From the NCBI GenBank assembly GCA_900617105.1, contig UYFQ01000184.1, positions 1 through 48,649 of the forward strand: DNA of 48,649 nucleotides, in the 5' to 3' direction. The translations under genes and the position numbers were made by a program. Within the stretch, counting starts at the first letter, position 1, and each line of letters starts with the position of its first letter. This DNA is from Hydrurus foetidus (taxonomy: Eukaryota). Under the pieces are notes generated by a model. That model saw only the letters and a program-made list of their open reading frames with translations. It was not told the origin of the DNA and ran no database searches. This document shows positions 35,022 through 46,923 of the stretch, in pieces.

Positions 35022-35881
35022 TTATACAGATGTATAAAGCAAGGGGGACGGGGGGGGACCCACTTGTATAAATTATAAAATGACGACGTGTGTGTGTGTG
35101 TGTACATGAGCGAGTCTAAGTAGCTGGCCGCTTTTTTGAGAAAATTAGTATTTTGTAATTTGTATTTTGTATTTTGTATTTTGTACTTCGTATGCCGGTG
35201 CCATAGGTATCCGGTTTACGTTTTAGGTGTACATACTTCGACAAAACTTCATTGAAAATCGTGCATAAAATACAATTGAGGCAATGTTTTTGATGATAAC
35301 AATCAAACATCTGCAGCTGTAGAAAATCTATCGAATAGTCCCAACTCGTCTTCGGCTATAATTCCCCAGAAATTGTTATTATTCCAATTGTTATTTACAA
35401 CGTTTGTACATAAGATTCCATCGAGTAGACACAATCAGCATGAAGAACCAACGAACACATAGATTTTACATTTTATCCATGCAGAAGTAGATAGAAACCA
35501 TTAAATAGAAAAAAAATGCTCGCAACAAATAAAGTCAACTTTTCTCTTCCCTCCTCTAAGAAAACCTGCGGAATGTAGAACCAATGGAACTCTGAACTGG
35601 TTGGAACCATGTAAACACTGTAACACTACGGTATGTTTTGACTCGTGACCACTCAAAGGGGAAACGGTAATTTTAACTGTGTTCAATCACAAGCTGGGCT
35701 TCACACGGAAACAGGCAGCCAATCAATTTTGACGCAGAGCTTTACAAAATGTGGCAATGAGTACCTCTGTCGACACTCGATGATGGTCAGGCCATAGTAA
35801 CGAGAATAGCCAGTGATCGCAAAATCTGTGAGGCTTCTCCACCCAGAGTCACCGACTCCCATTTGAAAAAATATATCAACA

Positions 35882-36368
35882 ATGGCTGAAGTGAACCCAA
35901 AGGCATATCCCCTCGCCGATTCGGAGCTGACCGTGGCAATCCTCGACCTCGTTCAGCAAGCCTCAAATTACAAACAGCTGAAGAAGGGGGCAAATGAAGC
36001 GACGAAGACATTGAACAGAGGAATCACAGACTTGATCATCATGGCTGCGGACACTGAACCATTAGAGATTCTACTACATCTGCCCCTACTTTGCGAGGAC
36101 AAGGTAACGGAGAATCATCTGCAATTCGAGAACGAATAGCAAGCAGTCCATAATTTTGAAGCTCTTCTCCAGTCCCATACTTTAATGACCCATCCTTTTT
36201 TACTACCAGAATGTGGCTTACGTTTTCGTCCCATCCAAGATAGCTCTTGGACGTGCCTGCGGTGTCTCACGCCCTGTCGTCAGCTGCAGTATCCTTTCCA
36301 ACGAGGCCAGTCAACTGACAGCGCAAATCCAGAACATACGAAACCAGATTGAAAAACTACTTATCTAA
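35882..36368 (+). CDS. SNU13: U4/U6.U5 and box C/D snoRNP 15.5K protein (exons 35882-36103 and 36210-36368, 126 aa)
   Basis: [10 protein letters not shown]...[16 protein letters not shown]...[10 protein letters not shown] spliced through a GT-AG intron to [23 protein letters not shown]. Confidence 0.97.
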
Positions 36369-36793
36369 AGCATTCCGTTGTCTCATTTGTATTCCAGTGA
36401 CTAAATTAAAAATGAAGAAAATTGAATTTTAAGTTCTGAGCGATAACTTATAAATTATTCACACTGCAGTTAGCTCCAGAGACAAAGAGTGATGAATTAA
36501 TTACGGCGATGGGCTAGCGATTTTGTTACAATCTTCCGCCAAATGTCGAGTTTCCTTACTTATATTTGTATGAAAGGAGCGTGTCCAACACTTCAATCCA
36601 TTAGCCTTCGTCACCCTGAAACACATTACGGATACGAAGTGCCTTCTTGACGATTCACGGCAAATTGCGGCTACCTTCTTAATTATGTCAAAAACGCACA
36701 AAAACACCATGGAAGAGTATTCCATGTCAAACACAAAAGCGCCTTAGTGCAGATGAATCAGGTAATTGACGTCAACGATTCGGGAGTCGAGAA

Positions 36794-37423
36794 TCATTTT
36801 CGAAAGCTGTAGCAAATAAAAGCTATCAGTCCAAGGGTAAGCAGCATTCCTCCATAAACGATCCACTTGTCAACGGAATCTCTCCTTTCCACATTCTTGA
36901 TTATAGTATTACTCAAACCGAGGTAATTGAGGATATCGAAGACTTTGCGCTGTATAGATTTCATCCGTTCCCGTTGCGAGAGCAAATTCCCTAACGTTTC
37001 TTGTCCTGAAGATATGTAGTCATTCATCATGCGAGTGGAGTGACCAAGTGAAGAGTTTTCTGCAATTATTGAATCTCTCATTGTTCCATTTTCAACATCA
37101 GCTGCTCCAAAAAGGTCCTTTTTTTGTGCATCAAAGTTGTATTGGCTGTTTCGTCTGATCCAACTGTCCAACGAAACTTTTATGTGCTGATGTGAGTTAC
37201 GAAGATGCATGATTCTACGTTTGAAGTCCTCCCTTCTATCTTTCGGTTCTGATATTACTAATTTGTCCAACTGATCAAACCTCATGCACATTTCTGTGAG
37301 GCCCAGCGAAACGTCGTTAATATGACTGTAAGAAGATCCTTTCTCGACCTCATTGAACTGTATCTCGAGATCATGCAATCTTCTCTTCTCCTCAGGGAGC
37401 AACTCGCTCAATGCGGGCATCAT
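36794..37423 (-). CDS. GOSR2: Membrin/Bos1-type Golgi Qb-SNARE
   Basis: SNARE coil (LLSQRERMKSIQRKVFDILNYLGLSNTIIKNVERR), DKWIVYGGM and a C-terminal transmembrane anchor. Confidence 0.9.
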   Translation of the reverse strand: MMPALSELLPEEKRRLHDLEIQFNEVEKGSSYSHINDVSLGLTEMCMRFDQLDKLVISEPKDRREDFKRRIMHLRNSHQHIKVSLDSWIRRNSQYNFDAQKKDLFGAADVENGTMRDSIIAENSSLGHSTRMMNDYISSGQETLGNLLSQRERMKSIQRKVFDILNYLGLSNTIIKNVERRDSVDKWIVYGGMLLTLGLIAFICYSFRK

Positions 37424-38019
37424 ATTGGGCGTCGAAGATTAAAAATTTCGATTCTCGCGGAATACAATTGTTTAAAAAAGCTACCGCATGCAGAGACGCT
37501 GGTTCTGCTGCGACTCACATGGCATGTCAGCCGTTGTCAGTTTCATCTCCTCAGGCAAATTATCATGTCATCGCATCTCTCTCAGAAAAGTCCGGGGATA
37601 ATCTTCTGCGATCTACAATCTGCAGTCTGCAATCATAGGGTCTGACAGATCGATCCAACGTTTCAAAATTCCAAAACGATAGGGCTGGTGGCCGGGCCGA
37701 GCTCAGCTCGGCCAAGCATGCTCGGCCACTGGCCGAAGGACTTGGCCGAGGATGCTGTCATTTGCTCGGCCGGCCATCGTGGCCGAACTGATCCTCATTT
37801 GCTCGGCCGGCCGAGGTCACTTAGGCTACAATTCACCGCAACGTCTAAACGGAGTCGGTGTAGTATAACGTAGATTCTGACCGTGTGCTACAATTTGACT
37901 TAATTCACCGTTCTCCGGAATATATCTTACGTTATAATTCAAAATTCGAAAATTTGAATAATTTCTCGACTTTTACCGACCGTTACATCATTTCTAAGCA
38001 ACATATGCTATAGCTTCTA

Positions 38020-39513
38020 GTGACTTCTGATGCACAAATTTTTGAAGTCGGTTCGCTCCTCAGGATGATTTATTCTCTCAGTCAGTTTTCTGCCATGATG
38101 ATGATCATGCTAAGGGTCATCAAGAGGCGCAAAGTTGCAAAGTCAAGTGCAAAGCCACGGCGTAGTCCTACGTCTGTTCCCCGATTGAAGGCAATCGATT
38201 ATTGGTACTCTCCATGGGGTCAGCTTCTGAGGCGTTTTGCTGCAATTGATGGTGGACCATCAATTGCATCAAGAGACGGCAAATTGTTCAGGCGCCGATT
38301 TCGAGTCCCATACAGCGTATATCGCAATTTGGTGCAGAAATGCCACGAGAAGAACCTCTTCGGTGAGAATTCTTCTAAGGAAAAGGATATTACTGGGAGA
38401 AGTATTTGTCCTGTTGAAATCAAATTATTGTCGGTACTTCGAGTACTGGGCCGGAATTGGAATTTTGATGACATCGCTGAGGCAACATTCATGGGGGAGT
38501 CGACTGCAAGGAGAATGTTCCACACATTTTGTTCTAATTTTGTGGAACACTTTTATTCGGTGTTTGTTTACAGACCAACTGGTGACAAACTATCAAGAGT
38601 CATGAAAGTTTTTGAGCAAATGGGATTACCGGGCTGTATTGGCTCCACAGACTGTGTTCATTTAAAATGGGATCGGTGTCCTGTTGGACTTGCTCAACTA
38701 TGCTCTGGTAAGGAGGGATTTCCTACTCTTGCATATTCTTGCACAGTAGATCATCACCATAGGATTTTAGCATCTACTACTAGTTATTGGGGTGCAAAAA
38801 ATGATAAAACGATAGTGCGTGGAGATACTTATATTACAGATGTGAGAGAAAAAAAAGTACACGATGATGTAGAGTTTAATGTTTATGTAAATGGTGTATT
38901 GAAACCAATGAAAGGTGTGTATTATATTTGTGACGGTGGATATCATAAGTGGACATGTATGATAAATCCTATGAAACATACATCTGTTAGAAGTGATAGA
39001 TTGTGGTCGGAATGGCTTGAATCTACAAGAAAAGATGTAGAATGTACGTTTGGTAGTCTTAAAAGTAGATGGAGGTTTTTGAGAAATGGTATTGTGTTAC
39101 AAGATCAAAATTCTATAGATAATGTATTTTTTACTTGTTGTATATTGCATAATATGATATTGGAGTGTGATGGATTAGATTGTAGATGGGAGAAGGAAGT
39201 TGATTGGGAAACATTAAACCCCCAACCAACAAATTCTGATGAAGGATTTGATGAAGACACAGAGACTGTAATTAGTAATCAACAAATTTTAATTACTCGA
39301 CGTGTTACAGAATGGGTATCACCAAGAGAAAACACTGTAGAGGAGGACTTCGAGTTGGGAAATGAATTTGTTGAAGAGTGGGATAATGACTTTAATGCTA
39401 AACGTAGAATACTGGTAGATCATTTTCAATATGCTTATAATTTAGGTTTAGTCAAGTGGCCTAGACAATTTACTGAGCAAAAAAAGGCCATATACAATAA
39501 AGGGAAAGTGTAA
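38020..39513 (+). CDS. PIF/Harbinger DDE transposase (start codon uncertain)
   Basis: FRRRFRVP, GCIGSTDCVH, YYICDGGY, RKDVECTFGSLKSRWRFL, CCILHNMI. Confidence 0.95.
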   Translation: MTSDAQIFEVGSLLRMIYSLSQFSAMMMIMLRVIKRRKVAKSSAKPRRSPTSVPRLKAIDYWYSPWGQLLRRFAAIDGGPSIASRDGKLFRRRFRVPYSVYRNLVQKCHEKNLFGENSSKEKDITGRSICPVEIKLLSVLRVLGRNWNFDDIAEATFMGESTARRMFHTFCSNFVEHFYSVFVYRPTGDKLSRVMKVFEQMGLPGCIGSTDCVHLKWDRCPVGLAQLCSGKEGFPTLAYSCTVDHHHRILASTTSYWGAKNDKTIVRGDTYITDVREKKVHDDVEFNVYVNGVLKPMKGVYYICDGGYHKWTCMINPMKHTSVRSDRLWSEWLESTRKDVECTFGSLKSRWRFLRNGIVLQDQNSIDNVFFTCCILHNMILECDGLDCRWEKEVDWETLNPQPTNSDEGFDEDTETVISNQQILITRRVTEWVSPRENTVEEDFELGNEFVEEWDNDFNAKRRILVDHFQYAYNLGLVKWPRQFTEQKKAIYNKGKV

Positions 39514-39632
39514 AAACATAATCACAGTATTGCTTGCTAATAATATTGTTAACTCATACCATGCTGTAGGATATCATTAACTTTCAATTAATAATATAAT
39601 TTCAATTTTGCGAAAACTAAAAGTTTTTTTTC

Positions 39633-39859
39633 AGTGGAGTGTCTTGTGCTGAGGAGTGCAGCAAGCAGTGCAGTGCAGTTAGCAGTGCAGTGGAGTGTCT
39701 TGTGCTGAGGAGTGCAGCTAGCAGTGCAGTGGAGTGTCTTGTGCTGAGGAGTGCGGCAAGCAGTGCAGTTCAGTGCAGCTAGCAGTGCAGTGGAGTGTCT
39801 TGTGCTGAGGAGTGCGGCAAGCAGTGCAGTGCAGTTGAGCTGAGTAGTGTCTTGTGCTG
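39633..39859. repeat. Imperfect tandem repeat with a core unit of about 39 bp
   Basis: AGTGGAGTGTCTTGTGCTGAGGAGTGC(A/G)GC(A/T)AGCAGTGC in 4-5 copies with variable CAGTG expansions. Confidence 0.9.
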
Positions 39860-40086
39860 TTTGAAAATTAAAATATATTTTTGGAGCTAAAGCTGATTTG
39901 TTAATTATAATATGAGATGGATTCGTTAAAGAGAATATATATATCTAAAAAAAATAGAAAAAAAAAATAGAAAAAAATTAAAATATCGAAAAAAAAGGTC
40001 GTTGACGTTGACAAAAAAAACCGCAGGGGAATACTCAATCGAGTACCGAGAGGAAGTTACAAAACAGTGCAATAGAAATGTAACAT

Positions 40087-40448
40087 CGAGTGGAGTGGAG
40101 GAGTGTCTTAGAAGGGAGAGAGCACCGAGTGGAGTGGAGGAGTGTCTTAGAAGGGAGAGAGCACCGAGTGGAGTGGAGGGGTGTCTTAGAAGGGAGAGAG
40201 CACCGAGTGGAGTGGAGGAGTGTCTTAGAAGGGAGAGAGCACCGAGTGGAGTGGAGGAGTGTCTTAGAAGGGAGAGAGCACCGAGTGGAGTGGAGGGGTG
40301 TCTTAGAAGGGAGAGAGCACCGAGTGGAGTGGAGGAGTGTCTTAGAAGGGAGAGAGCACCGAGTGGAGTGGAGGAGTGTCTTAGAAGGGAGAGAGCACCG
40401 AGTGGAGTGGAGGAGTGTCTTAGAAGGGAGAGAGCACCGAGTGGAGTG
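40087..40448. repeat. 39-bp minisatellite, about 9.3 copies
   Basis: CGAGTGGAGTGGAGG(A/G)GTGTCTTAGAAGGGAGAGAGCAC. Units 3 and 6 carry the G variant. Confidence 0.97.
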
Positions 40449-40518
40449 TGCTGAGGAGTGCAGCTAGCAGTGCAGTGGAGTGTCTTGTGCTGAGGAGGAT
40501 GGCGCAGCCTGCAGGCTC

Positions 40519-41751
40519 CTAAATTGCGACAAAATATTCATCTTCGTATACATCTTCGTCATATTCCCACCTTGTCTCCGACTCTTTACGGTTCGAGTCA
40601 ATGTTGCAAGGGAGAAGAAAGTCGCATTCCGGCTCCGCCTGTGTAATTATGCTAGAAGACGAGGTCGCTAATGATGAAGCAGGTGTTGAGTAAGATAGTG
40701 CAACAACATCATTGGTTAGTTTGTCATCAAAGAGTTTGATTCGCTTTGGATCACCGGTGGGTTTGTCTGGTTTGACCTCTTCTATTGGCCGCTTTAAAAA
40801 GTTGTACAATTCCCTCATGTTCGCTGACTTCTCGGTATCAGGAATGTCGGACATCTGTCTGCCCATCTCAACTAGGGCCGTTAGTCGCTCTCTCTCTGAG
40901 GTCCACTGTAAGTTTGCGCGTATTTTGGTCTGCTCCACAATGCTCTGTGACAAAATAGACAATTCGGTTTCGCCCTCAACAACCGCGCAAGTAGATTCTG
41001 TTTTCAAGTTTGCCAACCGACGTTGGTTGCGACCGCCTGTTGCCGCCATAGTCTCTCTCATTTCATCGGCAGGAATAGCTTTTTCGGCTTCCTTTGATCT
41101 CAATGGTCCGCTACCTGGGGCAGGAGTTTTGAGAATTTGGATGCATCGGGCCCTTCGTGAGAGACATGAGATTCTGTCAGTAACGGGTGAGAAATGATTG
41201 GTCAATTAGATTTACCTTCCAGAGGGTAAGCCCACGTAGCGGAAGGCAAGCCATTCCTTGAGCTGCCAATTAGGATCAAATTTGCGAATGATGTACTCGA
41301 CATTCCGCTTCGCGGCCTGTTTCTTCTTGTCTTCCTCGTTGCGCTTCCACGCAGCTTCCTTGCAGACGGCAAGAGCGTCACCTAGTTGAGTTCCTGAGGC
41401 AAACGCAACTGGATCCTTCCAAGCAGGATTCAGGACGTTAATGATGAGAGTCACCGCCTCCTTGGCCTTTCGCAACATTTGCACGCCAGTATCCTTGTCA
41501 ACCAATGTTGAAAGGACTTCGGGCGTCGCGTCCTTTATTGGTATGTATCTATAATTGTCGTAGATCTCCTTTACCCAGTCCGCGGCTCTCACTTTCAGAG
41601 ACTGTTCAATTTGAGGAACACTCTGCTTCCCTCCGTTGGTGACAACGTCATTCCATGCGAGGAGGAGAAGAAGTGTGTATGCTTCAACCAATCCTCTTGT
41701 CGATCTAACCATACGAGCAGTAACTTCCTCCGACATTCTGTGGCTGTGCAA
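40519..41751 (-). CDS. Harbinger accessory protein (two exons, 42-bp intron 41174-41215)
   Basis: GTAAAT...TACTGACAG intron joins ORFs 41212..41751 and 40519..41205 in frame. Convergent with the transposase inside the TIRs. Myb/SANT identity not confirmed. Confidence 0.7.
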
Positions 41752-43072
41752 TGTGGCTACGTCGCCCCATTTGATGATAGCGTTTTATAAAAATAGAGAA
41801 CGCTATATATCTATTTTTGACGTTGAAGATTTGAAAATCCGATCCAAGATAACGTCGAAAAAAATGCCGGGAGTCCGGCGAACCAGCTGTTTACGTTAAA
41901 AAACAACACGTTATACTACACCGACTCCGTTTAGACGTTGCGGTGAATTGTAGCCTTAGGCCGGCCGAGGACAGCTCGGCCAGGGTACATCTACGTATAC
42001 AGTATACAGTACCGTCTCCCTTCCTTTTATTTATTTCATTCGGGTGGTGTGTTGTGTAAACCACTTTATTTTCCCCGTCATCACTATGCTCTCATATTTT
42101 AGAGATCACTGCAGGAGTGATACAATACTGAGTTGAGGATAGCGAATGTCACAGGAAACCTTCGTATTTTTGGAACGCTCGTGAAATCTCATCCAATTCT
42201 GTACAAAAAATTTGCGATTCGGACGTTCTTCTCTCCAGCGAGGAGGAAAGAAACGTTCTCAATTGTTTTTCCCGAAATCGTCCGAGTTGAACTCGAATGC
42301 AGATCATTTCGTCAAGTATCAGATGTTTCTAATTGGCGATGGGTGCTTACAACAGGATTCCGTGATGTCCGGAGATTTCGAAGCTGACCTTGTTGCTTCA
42401 TTCTTTATTTCAAAAGATGGTTCCTGTCATGCGATTCCGCAGCCACGCTGGCGGCCTGTTTGCGCTTGACAAATCGATCAAAGTTAGGATTGGAGAGTAC
42501 TGTGGATTGCGGAGGAAGGCGAATAAATTGCATGGTCAGCTGCATGGCTAATTTTATCTGTTTAGTACGCTATAATACTGTTGCACACATGTCCGATTTG
42601 AATAACGTACTCAGCAGCTGCCTATGATCTGCTTCACAGATGCCAATTGCACTGAGTTGGTAGCGCCCACAATTTCTTGGATCCTTCTCAGGGAAGCTTC
42701 ATTCCTAGGGAGCACATCAGTCACATCTCGAGGAACTTCGCAAAAGTTCTTGCATCTGTTATAGATAGACATCACCTCACTGTATCTTTCCAAGGTCATC
42801 TTGCACACAACGAGTTAAATCATTCTAGACTAGGTAACGACATCGATATCATAGTGCTGAGTAATAACACCGAAGAATTCAATCATGATTTGTATCAGAA
42901 ATTCTGCGAGATGGAATCGAACCCTACTAGAATTCTAATCAATTGTGGGCGTTTATGAAAATTTATTCATGTTTTCGCTTTTTTTTTGCTTACCTCTGTT
43001 GTAGTATCAAATCTCTCATTTTGATTTTAATGAATTATAATTAATATTTACAAAATGATACCAGCATAAATA

Positions 43073-45656
43073 TCAAAGATTTAGTATTGCATTCATAGCA
43101 GACTCGTCCTCGCTGTCATAATCTAGAAAATTATTCATAGCTTGAACAATGCTCAAATTCTCATCAATTACTGAAGTATCGCTATAGTTCGTTGTCCCGA
43201 TTGGAGTAATTTTCATTGTACCGCTATTTTTGTGCTTTATGAAAGGTAAAAAATTAATGACAGTGGGATCATCATGCAATTCTTGCAAACATCCAGTACT
43301 TATAAATGATCTATTAATTCCATCAGTGAATTTCTTTTCTTTGAAGCCATTAGCAAACAAATTAAATAAATCTTGAATTCCCTCTAACATATCAGGTTTG
43401 GGAGGCTCAAACTCAAGAACGTTGCGTTCTGCAGCAGGTTTTAATGACTCTAAGTGATGAAGCTCAGCAAATTTTTGAAAGCATGCAACAATGCGTGATC
43501 CTCGGAGCTTTCTACTGTGAGCTTTAAGAGGACCATTCACTACTAAATCTAAGACTTGCAGTACACCAGTCATGTTAGGGGGTAAGCAAGCAACATGCAC
43601 ATGTAGACTCTTTATGACAGAATCAACTAATGCTGTTTTATGGCATCCACAGTTATCAAACCATATCAATAACTTTCCTAATCTTTCTTTCAATGGTGCT
43701 ACAATGGTTTCAAGCCACATTATCATTCTAACAGTGTCATTCCAAGCCTTAAACTGGCTAGTTATGACTGCACCAGTCTCATCATTGATAATGTAATAAC
43801 ATTTATGAATGGCTGTAACATCTCCTATAGTCAACTCTTTCTCCCACAATACTAACTTCCACCCATCACTAACACCAAATCCGTCATTTTTATTGTACAA
43901 AGTTTTAATCACTTTCATACCTGATTGATCAGGTCTGTCAAGTGAACTGACAGTGTGTTTGATGATGATAAAGAGTGGCGCGAAAACACCGGAACCAAAG
44001 ACAGCAACAACTGCTGTGATACGTAGTTTCGCATTGGGGACACCGATATTCTGTGCCCTATGTTGGTCCCCCGGAACGTACATGTACTCCGGTCCGATGG
44101 CGTACGTAAAAGCCGTCTCGTCCATGTTCAATATATTGTCGGGTCCATATCCGAACTCTCTTATCAAATTTTGTCCAATGCTCATAATTGCTGCAATTTC
44201 TTCTATGGATGGAATCTTCTTATCATCGGTTGTTATTTTTCTCCGTCTTAGATTTGCTCGGTTCAGGAAACCTCGTACCCAGGCTGAACTGAATTTCAGA
44301 TCACTTATACCCGATTCATCCTCATAATGGTATAATTGTTGCACGGATCTTGCAGCCTCAATTATAACAGCGTAAGAATAAACAACACTAACCAAGATGC
44401 GTGTTTCACTTATTTCATCTCCACCTTCATCCTGCAGCATTAAACATTTTTGAATAATTGAATTTAGATTGATTAACTAAAATAAATGTCAAGTGAAATA
44501 AAAAACAAATAAAGATGACATACTTATGAATATGTCAAATGAAACAGCAACATAAATTTACCGTTTTTGTCTCATGTTCACAGATCATCAATTTACCCCA
44601 GACTGATGCTTCAAAATTCGAATTTATTTTGTGTCCCGTTTTTTTTAACACTTTTCTCCTATTACGGTTCCACCTTTCTATTGATGAAGGGACCAACTCA
44701 GAGAAGCCTGCTAAGGAGCTCAGTACATCTTTAGTTATCAAACTGGCGTGAACGTTGATTTCCGCGTGGTGTTGGCCATCAATTTCCAAGAACACTTCGC
44801 GAGTAATGTCGAATATCTTAAGCACCGCATCTTTCTCCTCGGAGCTGAACGTTATGTACTTTTTCGGTAATGCAGATACTGATGTGACGACTCTTACGTC
44901 GTTGGAAACCTTCTCATACGTTGGTTCAAAATCGTCGTCAATTTCCCTCCCAGTAAATATAGCTTTGCAGACTGAGTCGTATGGATTTCTTGTTTCTTTA
45001 ATTGCAGCAATTAGATATCCCAATGGATCTTCATTATTTACGCAAAGTTGACTTGACACCATTTTTATGACTTTTTTACCGCAATTACTCAGTTGTCTAC
45101 CGGCTAATTCATTGCTGCACTTTCTCCTTTTGTGATGAACGATGTCCGGCGTCTTTTGGATTATCGGTGAGACGATCGGTGGAGGCCTGCACGTAGGAAG
45201 CTGTCTCTGCCAAAGTACAGCACCAATCTCAGATAGTGATGAATATTGTGCTACTGATCCCTTCTGCCTCATGAAGTAATGCGCCTTTGTCGTCACTTTC
45301 AACATAATCTCTGAATTCGTGAGAAGTTCTTGATCACTCTGGAAGAATACTATATCCCATCCAATTTCAGCCTCTGGAAGATCCATGAACTCTGCAACAG
45401 AAGGTATCCCTTTACAACCCATTTGAATCATAGTATGTCCCAGCTTACGAATAGAATTTTTGAACAGATGAAATCCCTGATGCAACGCTAAGGGATTGAC
45501 TGCAAAATCCGGCGATATACTATACTCCGAGTTATTTACTTCAACAGACAAGTCATTCGGCGAAAGTTGACCTAACCCTAGCGTTGCTACTATCGGAAGT
45601 AGAACGATGACAATTGCAGCAGTGTACGCACAATACTCTCTCGCTAAAGATTCCAT
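43073..45656 (-). CDS. pogo-like DDE_1 transposase, DD35D (exons 45656-44562 and 44431-43073, about 817 aa)
   Basis: CENP-B-like LKFSSAWVRGFLNR, NMDETA, WFDNCGCH, LPPNMTGVLQVLD with 35 residues between the last two Asp. Phase-0 GT-AG intron at 44432-44561. Confidence 0.9.
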
Positions 45657-46324
45657 CTCACTCCTAAGGAGACAGCATTCAGTGTCGTAAAATTAGAAAC
45701 GATAAACATCTCAGAAATCTCCGGACAAAATTTAGAATGCACTCTTATATGCGATGGTATCTGGATTGCATGTCACATTTGAATCAAACATCGTGCAGTC
45801 ATTTCAATGACCTCCGACCTGATATCTTCTTGTAATAAAGCTGTTGCTGCGCCAAATAGAAAACAGAATTGATTTTTACAGTGAAAGAAGAATCCTTCGA
45901 GATATCTGCGATTGAAGGTTGCGGTCGTCCAGAACGCTGAACAGCGTGAGATGGCTTGGAATATTCACTAAACTGCTGTACTTTTTAGATTGTGAGATGT
46001 AGTGTCAACTACTACTTCCTGTGCACAGTATGGAGACCAGAAGTGACCGGATTACCAAAAATGAAATAAATAAAAGGAGACGGTATATACGTACAGTATA
46101 TACAGTATATACTTCCCATACAGTACGTTCTACAGTACGTTCTACAGTAAGTGTCCTCGGCCGGCCTAAGTGTCCTCGGCCGGCCAAAATGACCTAGGCC
46201 GGCCGAGGACATCTCGGCCGGCCGAGACATCCTCAGACGGCCTAGTGGCCGTCGGCCAGTGGCCGTGGGCCGAGCAATCTCGTGCTCGGCCAGGGCCGAG
46301 TTCATTTTCGAGCTCGGCCACCAG

Positions 46325-46537
46325 TGTAGTCCGAATGGCAAAAGAGAAAGGAGAGAGGAGCTGAAGTCTTAGTTACAGGGGGAAGCCGTAGCTAGGGTAA
46401 CTTCTACGTGGACTAGCTAGATGATAGCAGAGTACACGTTGTAAGGGTGAGGCTGGAAGCCTACGACCCTGTAGACCGATCTGTAGACCGATAGTCCTAG
46501 AAGCTCATAATGCCATACTAAATGGCATATGGCTACA
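46325..46537 (-). repeat. 3' LTR of Gypsy C (213 bp, partner outside the window)
   Basis: TGTAGTC...GGCTACA termini. Adjacent PPT nearly identical to that of family A. Confidence 0.8.
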
Positions 46538-46923
46538 CTACTCCTACTTATCTCCACAGAGAATGACCCCACTTATCTCTAATTAAGCTATTTTTCAAAA
46601 AAAATTAAAAATTAAAAATTACACTAACATATTTACATGAAAAGTAATTCGATTACAGAAATATGAAAGAAAAAGAACAGATTTCAATATAAAATAGTAT
46701 AACAAAATTTAACAAAATAACAAAATTTAAAGAGAGTCGGGAGTGGTCGTGGAAATAAGTTTATTTTGTAAATCAATACAAATTAATGTATGTAAAAAAT
46801 ATCATATATTATGATGTGGGTATGTCAGATTCTTACTGACTAAAAAACCATAAAAACCCAGAGGGCAAAAAATTAGGCTAAAAAATCTTCAAAAGATATC
46901 ACATCATAATAACAAATTAATGT

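Larger units (their letters stand above)
37824..41955 (+). mobile_element. Complete two-gene PIF/Harbinger transposon, 48-bp perfect TIRs, TSD TTA
   Basis: TIRs at 37824-37871 and 41908-41955. TTA at 37821-37823 and 41956-41958. Confidence 0.97.
37680..46324 (-). mobile_element. pogo-like DNA transposon with long repeat-rich imperfect TIRs; left TIR split by a Harbinger, right tip cut by Gypsy C
   Basis: Left (TA)GGGCTGGTGGCCG versus right CGGCCACCAG|LTR. GGCCGGCC/CTCGGCC repeats at 37690-37820, 41959-41980 and 46150-46320. ACCGTCTCC..TTTTATTTATTTCATT near 42011 is mirrored near 46060-46085. Confidence 0.8.

Noticed and set aside
35085..35185. (GT)n and TATTTTG short repeats
   Set aside because: Ordinary simple repeats.
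36104..36209. Intronic snoRNA in SNU13
   Set aside because: No convincing box C/D pair or H/ACA structure seen.
40087..40448. CRISPR-like array, or repeat protein ORFs 40002..40454 and 40090..40467
   Set aside because: Units are contiguous with no unique spacers, there are no cas genes, and the context is eukaryotic. The ORFs are a by-product of a stop-free 39-bp unit.
42133..42958. Second gene inside the pogo-like element
   Set aside because: Only short ORFs in mixed frames. No product can be supported.
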